A DNA stretch of 64,000 nucleotides, from positions 14,913,615 to 14,977,614 of the forward strand of contig CAVNZM010000002.1 in assembly GCA_963693365.1 (NCBI GenBank). The letters are read 5' to 3'. The notes beneath the pieces were generated by a model. The model was not told the origin of the DNA. It worked only from the letters and a program-made list of their open reading frames with translations, and ran no database searches. This document shows, piece after piece, positions 25,119-39,198 of the stretch; position 1 is the stretch's first letter, and each line of letters opens with the position of its first letter. Made by a program: the position numbers and the translations under genes. Origin of the DNA: Amoebidium appalachense. Lineage: Eukaryota > Protista > Ichthyosporea.

Positions 25119-27065
25119 TGGGTGAAGGAGAAAATGTTACCACTATGGGCATGTAAAAAGCCCATCGTGAGAAGTACTGCGTTTGGCTACAACCTGTGTT
25201 TTTTCTGCATGCGACCTGTGCACATACATATCACCTGTTTTTTGTTTGTTGGGCATTTGAAGTCCGTTGATCACAGGAGTAATTTAGATCATACAACCTC
25301 CAACCCCCCTCCTCCTCTCCCTCCATCTCTCCTCTCTCTCTCTCCCCCCTCCCCCTCTCTCTCTCTCTCTCCCCCCCCCCCCCCCCTCCCCTCCCCCCCC
25401 TCCCCCCCCCCCCCCCCCCCCCCCCCCGCCCCCCCAACCACCACCACTTGAACAGGAAAAATGAAACACATACAGGCACAGACATAATTATAGCGATATG
25501 GCATAATTACAGGAGGATAATTCGCTCTTTGCCGCATTTCCACAGGTCTATTTTTCCTGCCTTCCATAAGGAACTTCAACCACAAAATTTTTGCTGTATA
25601 TTCGTGCTTTTGGCTCCTTACCCAATAATACCTTTTCCGCACTCCGCTTTTCTAACCCCATTTTCCGGTATTCTTCAGGTTCCCGTTCCTCAGCCCAGGC
25701 CCCAGGATGTTCTTGTGCGTCTTGTGACGTGTGGTGTGTGCCACACAGACCTGCATGTGAGGGATGGTGACTGGTACCTCAAGTCCCAGACCCCAATCAT
25801 CCCGGGACATGAGGGTGCAGGCGTGGTCGTGGCTGTGGGCCGAGATGTGGAACATGTGCAGGTATGATGGAATTCCGCTTTGTGTGTCATAGTGTGTGTG
25901 TGTGTGCCGGGGGGGGGGGGGGGGGGGGGGGGAGGGGAGGAGGGGAGCTGCATGTGTGTGTGTGTGTGTGAGGGGAGGGGGGGAGGAGGGGGGATTGTGT
26001 GTCTGTGTGTGTTTTTGTGGGTGGGTGGGTGCTTGTGTGCACGTGTGTGTGTGTGTGTGTGTTCTTGTGTCTGTCGTGTGTTCAACCTTGTTGTGCCTGC
26101 ACGTGTGTGTGCGTCTGTGCATATGCACAGAGTTCTTCTATCTTATCAAAACACGTGACCTTGTACCCTCTTCTGCTTCCCGATTTGATAACATTTCATC
26201 TGATATTATGTTTTGTTCATCGTCACATAATAGGCAGATGAGTGTGTGGAGCATCAGTGCACTAAAATTAAAAAAGGATCGGTTTTCGGTCTTGGTATGG
26301 TTCGAAACTCTACAGCCTCTCAAACCCACCCCCCCCCCCTCCCCCCTCCCTGCCTGCTCATTGCTCTGTATACATCGACCCCACATCCTCACAAGTGCAA
26401 GCACTCACACACACAGTTTCTTTGTGTTCTTTATCTCTGCACAGTCTCGCTAAGGAACTCCCCTTCCCCCCGCCCCCTTCCTCCGCCTCCCCTCCCCCCC
26501 CCTTCCCCCCCCTCTGTTTCGCCCTGGAACCCACCCGCATGTCGTCACCACAATAACAAGCAGTTCTACTACGATACACCATCTCCCTCCTCCCCACCCC
26601 CCATCCCCCTCCCCCCCTCCCCCCCCCCTCCGCCCCCCCACACAAACACACTCACACCCACACATCCGCATACCTCTACCACCACCCCTCCCTCCCCATT
26701 TCCTCTCTTCTATCTCTGTTTCCCGAACACATTCACAAGCCAGAAATCAGCCTCTTTGATTTATCTAGTTAACCCCCCCCTCCCCCCCCCCCCCCCCCCT
26801 CCCCTCCCCGCGCCCGCCCCCCCAACAAAACACACACACACACGTGCATAGCACACGACCCTGTATTATTTCATGCAGTTGATGTAATGATCTCTTCCTC
26901 TTTCACCCTCTCCCCCCTTTACAATGTCTATACAAGTATTCCCCCCCCCCCCCCCCCCCCCCCCCCCAACCACCACCAAAAAAAAAAAAAAAAAAAAAAA
27001 AAAGGTGCTGGGCCACCACGACCCTGGCAACCACCAGCACCCACACTCACCCTCCTGCTAACACA

Positions 27066-27118
<53 letters not shown>

Positions 27119-27494
27119 TTTCCCCCGTTTGTCCCAACATAGCCCCTCCCCCCCGCCCCACCCTCCCTTACCTTTTCCAATCTAAACCATCCCTCGCTCG
27201 CTCTGCCTGCCTCCCCTCCCCCCCCCCCCCCCCCCCCCCCCCCCTCCCCCCACGCCCCCCGTCCAACTTTCCCTTCCTCCTCCCCAACACATATCCGTAC
27301 ACATGCCCACATCTCTCGCCCCCCCCCCTTCCCCCCTACCCCACGCCCACACACACACACACCACCCACCCACCCACCCACCACCACCATCATACTTGGT
27401 CCCGCACACGTGGCCCCCCTCCCCTCCCCCCTCCCCTGGACCTCATCCTCCCTCCCCTCCCCCAGTCTCCCGCCCTCTCTCTCCCAAACACAAG

Positions 27495-27555
<61 letters not shown>

Positions 27556-27667
27556 ACACACACACACACACACGAACACACACACACACACACACGCACG
27601 CACGCACACACACGCACGCACGCACACACGCACACGCATGCACACACAGACACACACACACACACAC

Positions 27668-27716
<49 letters not shown>

Positions 27717-27717
27717 C

Positions 27718-27749
<32 letters not shown>

Positions 27750-27849
27750 GAACACACACACACGAACACACACGAACACACACACACGTACACACACACA
27801 CACGTACACACACACACACGTACACGCACACACACGTACACACACACAC

Positions 27850-27891
<42 letters not shown>

Positions 27892-29368
27892 TGGTGATCG
27901 TGTAGGGTGTGGCTGGCTGCACAACACCTGCCTGCGCTGCCACTACTGCCTGACTGGCTGGGAGACCCTCTGCCCAAACCAAAAACCCACCGGCTTCTTT
28001 TCCGACGGCTGCTTTGCCGAATTTGCAACATTCCCCTCGAATTTCGTCACAAAGATCCCCGCTAAGCTGACATTTTCCCAGGCGTCACCCATTCTGTGTG
28101 CAGGGGTGACTGCGTACAAGGGGTTAAAGATGACGGGGGTTAAGCCTGCTGAGTGGGTGGCCGTGGTGGGGGCCAGTGGGGGGTTGGGCCATTTGGCTGT
28201 CGGCTATGCACGTGCTATGGGCATGAAGGTGCTGAACCCCCCCCCCCCCCCCCCCATCCCCCCCCCCATCTCTCCTCCCCCCCCCCCCACGTCACCCCCC
28301 GTACCCCACATCCCCCCCCCGCCCTCCCCCCTCCCCCCCCCTCTCCTACCCCGACCCCTCCCCATCTAATCACTCACTCACCCACCCACCCACCAACCAA
28401 CCCACTTGCTCACTTCGTCTCGTATTCTTACGTTCAGAAGCCTTTCCTCCTCTAACCCTTCAGTCCCCCCTCCCCCCCCCCCCTCCCCCCCCCCCTCCCC
28501 CCCCCCCCCCCCCCCCCCCCCCCCAAGCCTGCCGGCCCCCCGGTGCCCCAACCTTCTACACTCTTTGGCTTTTTCAAATGATTTACATATGCTCCCCCCT
28601 CCCCTCCCCGCCTCTCTCCCCTCCCCTCCTCTCCCTTCCCCCCCCTCCCCACCCTTTCCTCCCCTCCCCCCCCCCCCCCCCCTCGTCCCCTCTCCCTCTC
28701 TCACCCACCAAACCCGTGCACGTCTTAACTCAACCAACCAATCATAGTCAAGCACTTATCCACATGCATGATCTTCGACCAATAGGTGCTAGCCATTGAC
28801 GTGGGGCCTGACCGCATCAAGTACTGCATGTCTCTGGGCTGTGATGCTGCTGTTGATGCTTCGGCCCACAAGTCCAACAACAAGATGTTTGTGCGTGCCG
28901 TCCAATCGGCTGTGGGCGGGGACGGTCTCGGCCCTCATGTAAGATATTTCGTCCCTATGCCCGGCCCCCTCCCCCCCTCCCCCCCCCCCCCCCCCCCCCC
29001 CCCCGCCCCCCTAATGAGTCTTCTCCACCTCTGCACCCCGGGTTCAGCGCTTTCAGAACGGCAACACCACCAGTGTGTGATGGACTGCAGTTCCAGGAAT
29101 GGATGTTCCTGTTGCTGCCCGTGTTTGCATAACCAGATCCACGATCTGTCTGGTATTATTCAAGCCTATTGTTTAATGTGTGCGCCAGTAACGACCCTCA
29201 CCCCCCACTCACACACAGACACACACACACCACCACCATCACCACCGCGCCACCAACCCACCCATCTACCCACCCATCCACCCACCCATCCACCCACCCT
29301 CCCCCACCCATTTCACGAAGACAATTTGCAGACAGGTGCTTGTTCTCGTTCACTGTTCCTCGAAATTT

Positions 29369-29401
<33 letters not shown>

Positions 29402-29498
29402 CCCCCCACTTTGTCCCCCCCATCGATATTGTCTTCTTACCCGATTCTTTCCCATTCTCTCTCCCCCCCCAACTCAAAAACACACACACCCCCCCTTC

Positions 29499-29530
<32 letters not shown>

Positions 29531-29914
29531 TTCCCCTTCCAGGGTGCACTTGTTCTTGCCCCCGTCCCCACTGCCTTTGAGCAAGCGCTGGCCTACATCC
29601 GTCCGGGTGGAACACTGTGCTCCGTCGGTCTGGCCCCTGGGACTTTTGCCTGCGACATTTTCGACCTGGTTGTCCACGGCAAGAAGATAGTCGGCTCGAT
29701 TGTGGGCACACGTGCAGACATGCAGGAGGCACTTGAGATAGCTGCGGGCGGAAAATTTGAGTGCAAGGTCGAGATGAGGGGGTTTGGGGAGATCAATGAC
29801 GTCATGAAGAGCGTGAAGGAGGGCAAGGTCAAGGGGAGGGTGGTGCTGAAGATTGCCGATGAGAAGGAGGTGTTTGGGGGTGTGGGGGGAAGCGGGGTCC
29901 AAAAGGAGGAATAG
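24742..29914 (+). CDS. ADH: Zinc-dependent alcohol dehydrogenase (MDR family, AdhP/yeast-ADH-like, ~378 aa)
   Basis: Exons 24742-24831, 25679-25861, 27890-28228, 28786-28938, 29543-29914, all phase 0. Motifs: [15 protein letters not shown], structural Zn [53 protein letters not shown]. Confidence 0.95.
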
Positions 29915-30444
29915 AGAGGTTTTCAGGGGGGGGGGGGGGGTTAAGCAGCGAGAATGGAATTTTGAGGACTGGCTCCGGAGTTTTAGGTGAGGAAAATTTG
30001 GGTGGGAAGAGGGAAGGGAGGGCCCTCGGCGGATATTCATATTGTAGAGTGTGGGAGTTACAACTGTTACTGGTGGAGGGAGAGGGAGAAGAGGAGGGGA
30101 GGGGAGGAGGGGGAGGGAGGGCAGGGGGGAGGAGGGGGGGGGGGGGGGGGGGGGGCTGACGTGGTCAGAGGTGATTCTCAACAAAACACCGTAAATGAGT
30201 GTTTACAGATGATTTCAGGATTATTAAAAGGTGAGAGTTTTCTGAGGTTCGTGTTTCCCACTACTACAACGTGGGCGTTGCGGTGCAAAATCGAATCATT
30301 CGGAACGCATCCGATAGTCTGCGAAATCGAGGTTTTATGATGACGCCGACCGGCAGACGTATACTCGTTTAAAGGACAAAAAAAGCCAACGGAACGTCTC
30401 AGTCGTCCTGCCCCCCCCCCCCCCTCTCCCTCCCCCCCCCCTCT

Positions 30445-30478
<34 letters not shown>

Positions 30479-31745
30479 TTTCTCCCTCCCCTCCCCGGCG
30501 TGCGCGTGGACACACACACGTACACACACGCATGCACACACAAACCAAGAATGCCGCTTCCAGTGGTGGCTGTCAAATTTAGGATTTAGATAGCAAACGG
30601 GACGAGCTTGGCAGGCAGGCGGGGGGTGGGGGACTTAGTATGGAGTTTTTAAAGTTTCCGTTCATGATCAATGTTTATAATGAGACTTTTTTCTTTTAAT
30701 GCCGCAGTAGTGGGTTGCCGTGGAAGCGTGGAAATGTAGGGGTAGGTGGGTGGATAGGTGTGGTGGTGGTGGGAGTGGGGGGAGAGGGGGAGGGGGGGGT
30801 GTTTGTCACAAAATTTGCTGTGTTGGGAGTACGCCACCCGCTGAAGGTTTTATCTTTGTATTTGCAGGGCCTTATTTATTTATTCAGAGCGTCATGAGGC
30901 ACAAAAAGGGCGAAGCACTTAGGTGCCTCAGCCAGGCGTCATATGACTGAAAATCACGAATTTCAGGCTCGACATATCTAACAAATATCTTAGATATTCA
31001 GAGAATGCTAGTAACAAACCCAACCTGTACACAGAATCATTATTAAACATCTGCCACTGACAGAATGGCGTATCATATCTCAGACACTATATAGCTAAAA
31101 AAGGAAATGTATCAATCACCTTAAGATATGCTAACAACTCAGTTGCTATAATCGGTAAATTTGGGAGCGGAATGCGAATCTAACAAGACATGAAAGCCAT
31201 CTACCTAGCAATACAGCAAAAAGAATAGTACAAGTGTTTTGCCAGTCGATTCACCAGGAATCACAATTTGAATAACCATTAAACCATGAAAAACATATCC
31301 ACAAATAGGCATATCTCCATTTTTCGTGCATGCGCAAGGCACAAAGTGCGCATATCTTTCTAAGTTGAACTCATAACATGACAAAAGAAAAATATCACTG
31401 AATTTATGTCTTACAATCCACATTGAAGAAGGGCAAAAAAAGAGGAATATATATATATCCCGATGCCTACCCGGGGTTGTGATATGAGAGATATACAGCA
31501 GATCTAAGCAGCATACAATGCCATAGATCGATATTTGTCTTCATGTGACAATCATCAAAAAGAAAAAAAATTGTTCTATCCCCTTTTCGATCATTCCCCA
31601 CATAACCCTACTTTACAAGCCAATAGGCAGAAGGTTAGGTTAGGATAATCGAGAGGGGGAAGCAAGAAAAGGGGAAAAAAAAAATAAACATCAGAAGGGG
31701 TCATTTGTCAAACGACCCCAAATTTGCGCCAAAATTTCAGAAGGC

Positions 31746-32202
31746 TTACCAGAAAACCGACGCACGGCGCTGGGAATTATGCACGGGCACATGACGCGGC
31801 TCGCTGCCCTCAAATCCCCTCCCAGGCCCCCCAATATTCCGCGGCATGCACTTGCCTTTGTTGTTGAAACCCCCCGCCGGGAATTTCCCATGCAGTCCCA
31901 TTCCCATGACATCATCACCTGCCATATCGGGATGAGCACGTGCAATCTGCGGTCGCATGTAAGAGCCGGATCTTCCAGAAGCGCCCATGGAAGGCACGTG
32001 ACTTTCATCCAACGGGCCGTCGGTAAGAAGGTCGTCAAGCAGGCGGGCGCCAATCTCCTCAAGGGTCGAGTCGAGGCTGGGATCGGAGATCGTCTCGTAA
32101 TCGGCTTTCGTGGTGGCATACATTTCAGGCGACGGGATCTGGTTGAAAGGTGGCACCGGCGTGAGTTTAGCTCTGAACTGGTTGACCTCCCCTCTCCCCC
32201 CC

Positions 32203-32233
<31 letters not shown>

Positions 32234-32595
32234 ACACAACCCTCTCGTCCCTATCCCTATCCACAAGCATGCAACAAGGGCAAAAACTAGAGGCCTAACA
32301 TGATCCTGAGCACAGAGAAGCAAATGAAGGGTAAGGGGAAGGAGAAGATCTCTCTCTCTTACCCCTCCCCCCACCCCCCCCTCCCCCTCCCCCCGTGCAT
32401 ATTTCGAAAAAGCATACCGTGAGGGGAGGGAGTGGGGGGGTTCATTTATAAACAACAGAAATGCATTGTGAGACGAAGGTTGTGCGATGGAGGGCGATGA
32501 AGCTGTGTGAGAGTGCGTGTGCCCACATACCAAAGGTTAAACTAAGTGTCAGTAAGGCGCACATATGTTTCCTGTTTCGCGTGTGCTAGGTAGGA

Positions 32596-32632
<37 letters not shown>

Positions 32633-32750
32633 GCGCGGCTGTGTTTTCTTTCTTCCTTAGCCTTTTTCTTTTTTCCGTTCTCCTCCCCCCCCTCCCCCTC
32701 CCCCCCTCAAAGTTTCCTCACTTCCTTCAGTTTTCTTTGTTTGTGAGCAA

Positions 32751-32785
<35 letters not shown>

Positions 32786-33117
32786 GCGCGCACGCGCGCA
32801 TGTGTGCGTGTGCGTGTGTGTGTGTGTCTTGGGGGGGGGGGGGGGGGGGGGGGGGAGGGGGGGGGGGGGGGGGGGGAAGTTTTCACCTCAAAGTCGTCAT
32901 CATCCGGGCTATCCTCCTCTCCCAGGGCGGAAATATGGAAATTCAGTTCGGAGGTGATCCACGACGACAGGGCTGGAACACAGGGTGCGGAAAGACGACG
33001 CCTAGTCGCCAGGTTGCTTCCCGGGGAGCTGCCGAGGGGCTTGGGGGCAGGCATGTTGTGTGCGTCCATGAAGTTTCGATACTTCTGGATGGCAAGGTAC
33101 ATGCGCTTGCGCGCACC

Positions 33118-33155
<38 letters not shown>

Positions 33156-33570
33156 AAAATCCCAGCGAGGGTGGGGGGGGGAGGAGGGAGAGGGGGAGAG
33201 GGGGAAAGAAACGGGTAGAAGGTTGGTCGAATAGGTTAGAGACACGTTCTTATCGCCCTCGCGTAAAAACAGTTACAGTAAACCTCCCTATGTGCTACTA
33301 CGATGTTCTCGACCATAAGCCATGCAAATACGCGCACGGGTTCTGATGTATAACGTTTATAACGTTAAGCAAAACATGCAAGTGTGCTTGCACACCGTCT
33401 TTCCCACTGTGTGGCACACAAAAACGGGCAGCATGAGTTTGCAACACTGTGGCATTTAGCTTCACCATTTTTTAGATCATTAAAACACCACATCGTTTTC
33501 CTTTGCGCTACACCATTGCCAGAGAAGTAAATGCGCTGCAGACTCAACCAGTGCAAACATCCTCCCCCCC

Positions 33571-33601
<31 letters not shown>

Positions 33602-33868
33602 AAAAAAAAAAGAAAGAAAGAAAAAAAGAAAATATGAAACAAAATATATAATCAAATAAACAAATGGGAGAGGGAATGCACACGTTGACAACGGGATCCC
33701 TCTCTCTCTCTCTCCACCCTCCCCCTCCCCCGGCCCGTGTTCCGACAGAAAAGAAGGTATACGAGCAGGTAAGTGTGCATTTGCTCCTCTACTCAAAAAG
33801 GCGGCTTGTAAAATGAGTGGGGGGATAGTAGCTTGCAAGTCCTCCCCCCCTCCTCCCCCTCCCCCTTA

Positions 33869-33900
<32 letters not shown>

Positions 33901-34394
33901 CCCCCCACCCTCTGCCCACCACCACCACCACCGTAAAATTTTTTTTTTTGAACGAACAAACACAGCAACACCACCTGCCCACATCACAGTTCTGAGCAAC
34001 AATAACTGCCTCTTTTCAGCACTAAGATCTCACATAACACATGCTACATCCACAGACATACCTGTGTAGAAATGCCAATGTTTGTCAGGTCATCCTCACT
34101 CATGGTCAGCAGGTCCTCAAACCTCACGTTCTGGTTGCCAAGAATGTCTATGTACTTGTGCAGCCTCAGAGTCCGCAAAAACGAGGGCACATCATACACC
34201 CAATCCTTAGAAAAATCAAGCGCATCAACCGAATGACGACGCTTTGTTTGGTGGTCCTGCCTGGGCTTGCTACGGTATTGGTACCTGTTTTGCCGATAAC
34301 TACCTGGGTTGAAATTGCTTGGTCCCCTCCCTGCTGAAAAGTGATTGGGGAAGCTTGACGGGTGATGGAAGTGTGAATCTTCGTAGGAGGACAT
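31746..34394 (-). CDS. SAM-domain protein of the Vts1/Smaug RNA-binding type (~330 aa); last acceptor and termini uncertain
   Basis: Exons 34394-34062, 33117-32887 and about 32186(or 32177)-31746. Splicing reconstitutes DVPSFLRTLRLHKYIDIL...LLTMSEDDLTNIGISTQ|GARKRMYLAI, which matches the Vts1/Smaug W/F-L-K/R-S/T-LRLHKY...GARRK signature. Confidence 0.82.
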
Positions 34395-36140
34395 TTTCAA
34401 CGGACGTAAAAGGGCGGCAATGGAGGGATGATAGTTTCTACTGGGGGTAAGAAGAAAACTAAAAGATGTGCTGTGAAGTGACTATCGAGCGGACTACTGA
34501 GTGACCGACCTAGGCCCTATCAACGTAGATTCAAGCAAGGACTTCCAAAATGACTTAAAAAAAAGGAACAAGCTGGCGTGTCACAATCGTAAAAAAACGG
34601 TAGGAAGAATAAAACAACGAAGACTGGTCTCGGGAGAATATAAAAACAACCATCAAAGAGCCAAAAGGAGTAAAAAAACCACAAGACTATCAAACAGACG
34701 TGTACGTGTTTTTTGCGTTGTGCGTGTGCCCGTCAAAGAGGTCACAAGTGGGACCATAAGGATTTTTTCTGATCGGGGCAGAAATGCCTACTGCGAAAGT
34801 CTACTTTTGCCAAACAATTATCCGGGTAAATGACTTACCAAAAATGGCTATGCCTTTCACGGCGTTATGGTGGCTACATAATACATTAAAAAAAAAAAAG
34901 ATACGAGCACAAAAGCATTGACAACATAGATGGTTAATAACTAATTTAAACTATACATAGCAGCGTTATATCTAGCCAGTTCTCATCAAGAAAAAAATGT
35001 TGGGCGAAAGCCGTTCACGTACACCGCGTTCGGATACTGTCCTCCAACAGCGAGAATTCCCCTTTTCGATACAAGATTTTCGGGTAACAATCAATTTTGC
35101 AACCCTTTTACATAGCATCCGTCCAGCCAATCAAGTTCCCGAAGCAGAAAAGCCACAGAGAGGAGGGCAAAATTCCATTCTGCTAAACGTTACCTCGCCG
35201 TTAGAGTCACTCGCCTAAGTGATCAACTTGAAATATTTTCTTTTTAATATTTTTTAACAAGGCTCAACAAATTAAACATGTTATAGATCGAGTCAATAAA
35301 ATATTTACGTTTTTTTTAGTGGGTCTTTGTGATAGCGCGGCTAACCATGGTTCGAATTCACGGATCTGTACATGTGTGCGGTATACGTTTCACACCGTGG
35401 CCGCGCATCGCCGTGATCACGCCGTTGTAATGGTGAGCTACAGGTATGGTAGCTAATAGTTATTTATCATACTCAATTTTTATTTAAAATGTAAATCAAA
35501 GACTTGAGTGGTAGTTTTTAGTTATGCGGACCGGTATTATTTTTAACTATCCTTCGGCATATATGTGAGTTCGACTGAGCCTCGATCCTAAATTGATGCA
35601 TCGATATCCTGCATGCCAGTGCCGTGGGGTCGAGCAAATTCCAAGAAGTCAAAGGGTAGGTGGGTATGTGAGGAAGCTTTCCGCATTGATACCGGAACTA
35701 GGTGTAAGGTGCGACAAAAAACAGCATTCCGTATTTTGTTGAACAACTAAGTTCGTTTGGTTTTGAAAGAAGCTTACGGCTAACATAACACGCCATTTCT
35801 TGTTTTTATCACATGAATTTCTGAGCAAAGTGACCCCCACGAGAGCATGGGGGTATCCGATCGGTTATTAGAGATAATCTCTTGAGGGCATCCAATCACA
35901 ATCCCGGTTGTTATCTCCATTCGATCGGACCGGATTGCAAAATCTAGCGGGTCGAGCCGGCAAGAGAGGTTCCGGGGACCCGACCCGGATCGACTTGATA
36001 AAGCGACCCGGCCAGCCTCAGCTGTTGCCGTCGAACTATTATCGAGGTCGAGGGGCTTGTCTGAATTTCACATTTAACCGTTATTGGATCATGGCGGTGC
36101 CTGTGGCAAGGCCCAAGATCGTTGCTTCTAGGTGTGTGTG

Positions 36141-36188
<48 letters not shown>

Positions 36189-36485
36189 GTGCGTGTGGAT
36201 ATGTGGGCGCGCGCATATGTTTTGAAGGGGGGGGGGGGGGGGCTGGCTGAAGGCTCAGCAGGTTGGCTGCGGCATTTATCTTGAAAGATAATAAAGGTCG
36301 CCTACAAATTTTGATATGTCACGAGCAACAAACCCTTCTATCTATTGCCTGTACTGTTCTTTTGGATGGGTTCGGGGAAACGAGAAAGTGGAAGAAGGAA
36401 AACCTGAAGAAAACTCCATGATCATCAGTCTATCTCTCTTAGCAACACCATCTAGCCATGTACCTTGTCGGGTGAGAGTACTGTT

Positions 36486-36532
<47 letters not shown>

Positions 36533-36767
36533 ACCACCACCACATACAAACACAAAAATCCGCAAATGGTTATCTATACAAACCGTTCGCTCTCTTGCAT
36601 AGATGTGTGCAGGTCATTCGATGAAATCATTTCCAAAGCCTCCCGACATTTCAGGCCCGTCCCAGCCAGCCGTCTTCAGTCAAAATCATCGTCATGACGC
36701 CCATAGTTTAGCCTGGTCTGGGCATTATCGGCATCCAATCAGATTTTGCCAATTAACGACCTACGGT

Positions 36768-37517
36768 TTACTTGAACATGGCCATGGTGTTGTTGATGGG
36801 GCGCACAATGTTTTCCGGGGAGGCGAGATATTCGGCAACCTCGGGAATCTCGGCAACCCGACGGTGGAAATCCTTCACCTTGGGATACTTGTCCAGGCAG
36901 CCTGCAGAGTTTTATATTTAGCATACTTCATGCCGAAGAATAATATATTTAGAATAGCACTAGTGGTGTAGTGTCTAGGCCCCTGCAGAAGTATCCCTCA
37001 CTATCAAATGGAAATATACCAAAATATCCCGCAAAATAAGCCCAGAATATCACCAAAATGTCTCAAAAAGCTCGCTGAATATCAAAAAATATCTTTTGTA
37101 CCCCTGAGTATAAAATATCGCGGCACACGGGATATTTTTTTCTTCTTCTTAGGTATATTTGATAATCGGGATATTTCTGCAAGGGCCTATTAGTGTCTTG
37201 TCATGTCCCCCTTCCATTGCAAATTTTTTTGTTTCCGTCCTTTGTTTCTGTGTGCGATTGAGGGCCGGGTATCATGGGAGTTGTGACTAACTGCTAGTCA
37301 AAACGGAGAGCGGATCGAGAGCCGGATAGTATGATAATTGGGATGTTTGGGATGGGGATATACACACAAGGATACAGAAGAACGCATCAGCATGCATACT
37401 AATCACTCAATACTTTTCATGGTAGACTGAATCTGGATGCACGTAGTGGTCAGTATAGGAGTCTAACTGTGAGAGAAGGAGGGGCGAGAGCGGGGGAGAG
37501 CGCGGCGGGCGGGCGGG

Positions 37518-37566
<49 letters not shown>

Positions 37567-37802
37567 GGGGGGAGGAGGGGCTACAGTACCGGGGAACATG
37601 AGGGAGACCTGGTCCAGCAGCTCGTAGAAGACAAAGTCGGGGGCAGTCGGGTAGTCGGCACAGAAATAGTCCTTGTGCAGCGCCCGCTCAAACGACCCCA
37701 GGCGCTTGGGCAGCCCTGCCTCGTAGTCTCCCTTGAGCTCCTGGTAGCGGGGGTTGTACACAAGACCAACAATGCTGTTGCGGAAAGTCTGTACAGGCGG
37801 AG

Positions 37803-37877
<75 letters not shown>

Positions 37878-39153
37878 TGTGTTCATGAGTGTGTGTGAAC
37901 GGTTTGTGCGTGCACGGTTGCGATTAATGCGACTATGTGTGTGTACGCAATCTTGGGTGCGTGTATGTACCCTCGAAGGATTGATGTGCCACGCGTGTGG
38001 ATGTTGTTGGGAAGGAGTTGGGGGGATGGACGGGGAAAAAAGTGAGTTGTTGACAAGTTATATATGGTAGAAAGGGGAAGGAATAAGTGAAGACGTTCAA
38101 TCGGAAGCCATTTGTGTGGCATGGTGTTTGTTTGTGTGGGGAGGAGGGGGGAGGAGAGAGAGGGGGGAGGTGGGGAGGGGGGGGGGGGAGAAGAGCGAGA
38201 AAGAGAGAGAGAGACGGGGGGGGGGGGGGGGGGGGGGGGGGGGCGCAGAGAGAGAGAGAGAGAGAGAGTGTGTGTGTGTGTATGTGTGAACCTCAGCCTG
38301 GGAGGGGAGGGGGAGGGGGGTTGAGAGAAAAAAAGGTTTGTTTTCATTGGGGGGGGGGGGGGGGGGGGGGATGGGAACTTGGAAAACGGTAAAGAGAAGA
38401 GAGAGGCTTGAGCGTGGATGAGGAGACGGTATGGACTGGAGAGCACGCACAGCTACTCTGTCGGTAGCAAAAAAGGCCTGCACGGTGCAAGACTTCCATG
38501 TTCTGTTTCCAGACCCCCCTGCTCCCCTCCTCTCTCACCACCCACCAACCCTCAAAGTCCACCCTTTCCCCCCCCCCTCCCCCCCGCCCTCCCCCTCTCC
38601 CTCCCCCCACCCCCACCCGGGGGCTCCCTCTACGGTATTCCGGCCAGGAAACTTCATTCCGTAATTGCTAAACACCTTGGCTAACACACACGACTTCAAA
38701 ATTGTTCAAATGAATGTGGAACTGAGGCACATTGTAAGTAGCCAATACTGAGGGGGAAAGTGTGTATGATATGTTGGAGTGGTGGGTGGGCAGCGATTTC
38801 TAACACACAGAGAGATATCCTCCCTCGTGCTCCAAACGGAAACGAGACATGTACAGCTCCACGTGACGGGAAGGGGGGCCAGAGGGGGGGGGGGGGGGAG
38901 GGGGGGGGGGGCGCGTACATAGGCCACATCGATCATCTCGTCCACCCGTGCCTGTGTTGCGAGGTCCTTGCCCAGGGTCTCAGGCTTGTACTTGCGGGCT
39001 ACGTGCCGCAGAATGGCGTTGCTCTCGCTGATCTTCACATCCCCATCGATCAGATACGGCAGGTTGGGGAAATCCATCTCCTGGGAGAGCTTCTCCTTAT
39101 CCCCCAACCACTGGAACAGATCGTAGTCGGGTGCCTCACCAGCCTGTGTTATT

Positions 39154-39198
<45 letters not shown>

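Noticed and set aside
35860-36130. GATC/CCGG-rich segment suggestive of a MITE or structured RNA
   Set aside because: No convincing TIR pair, TSD or RNA-family motif found by eye.
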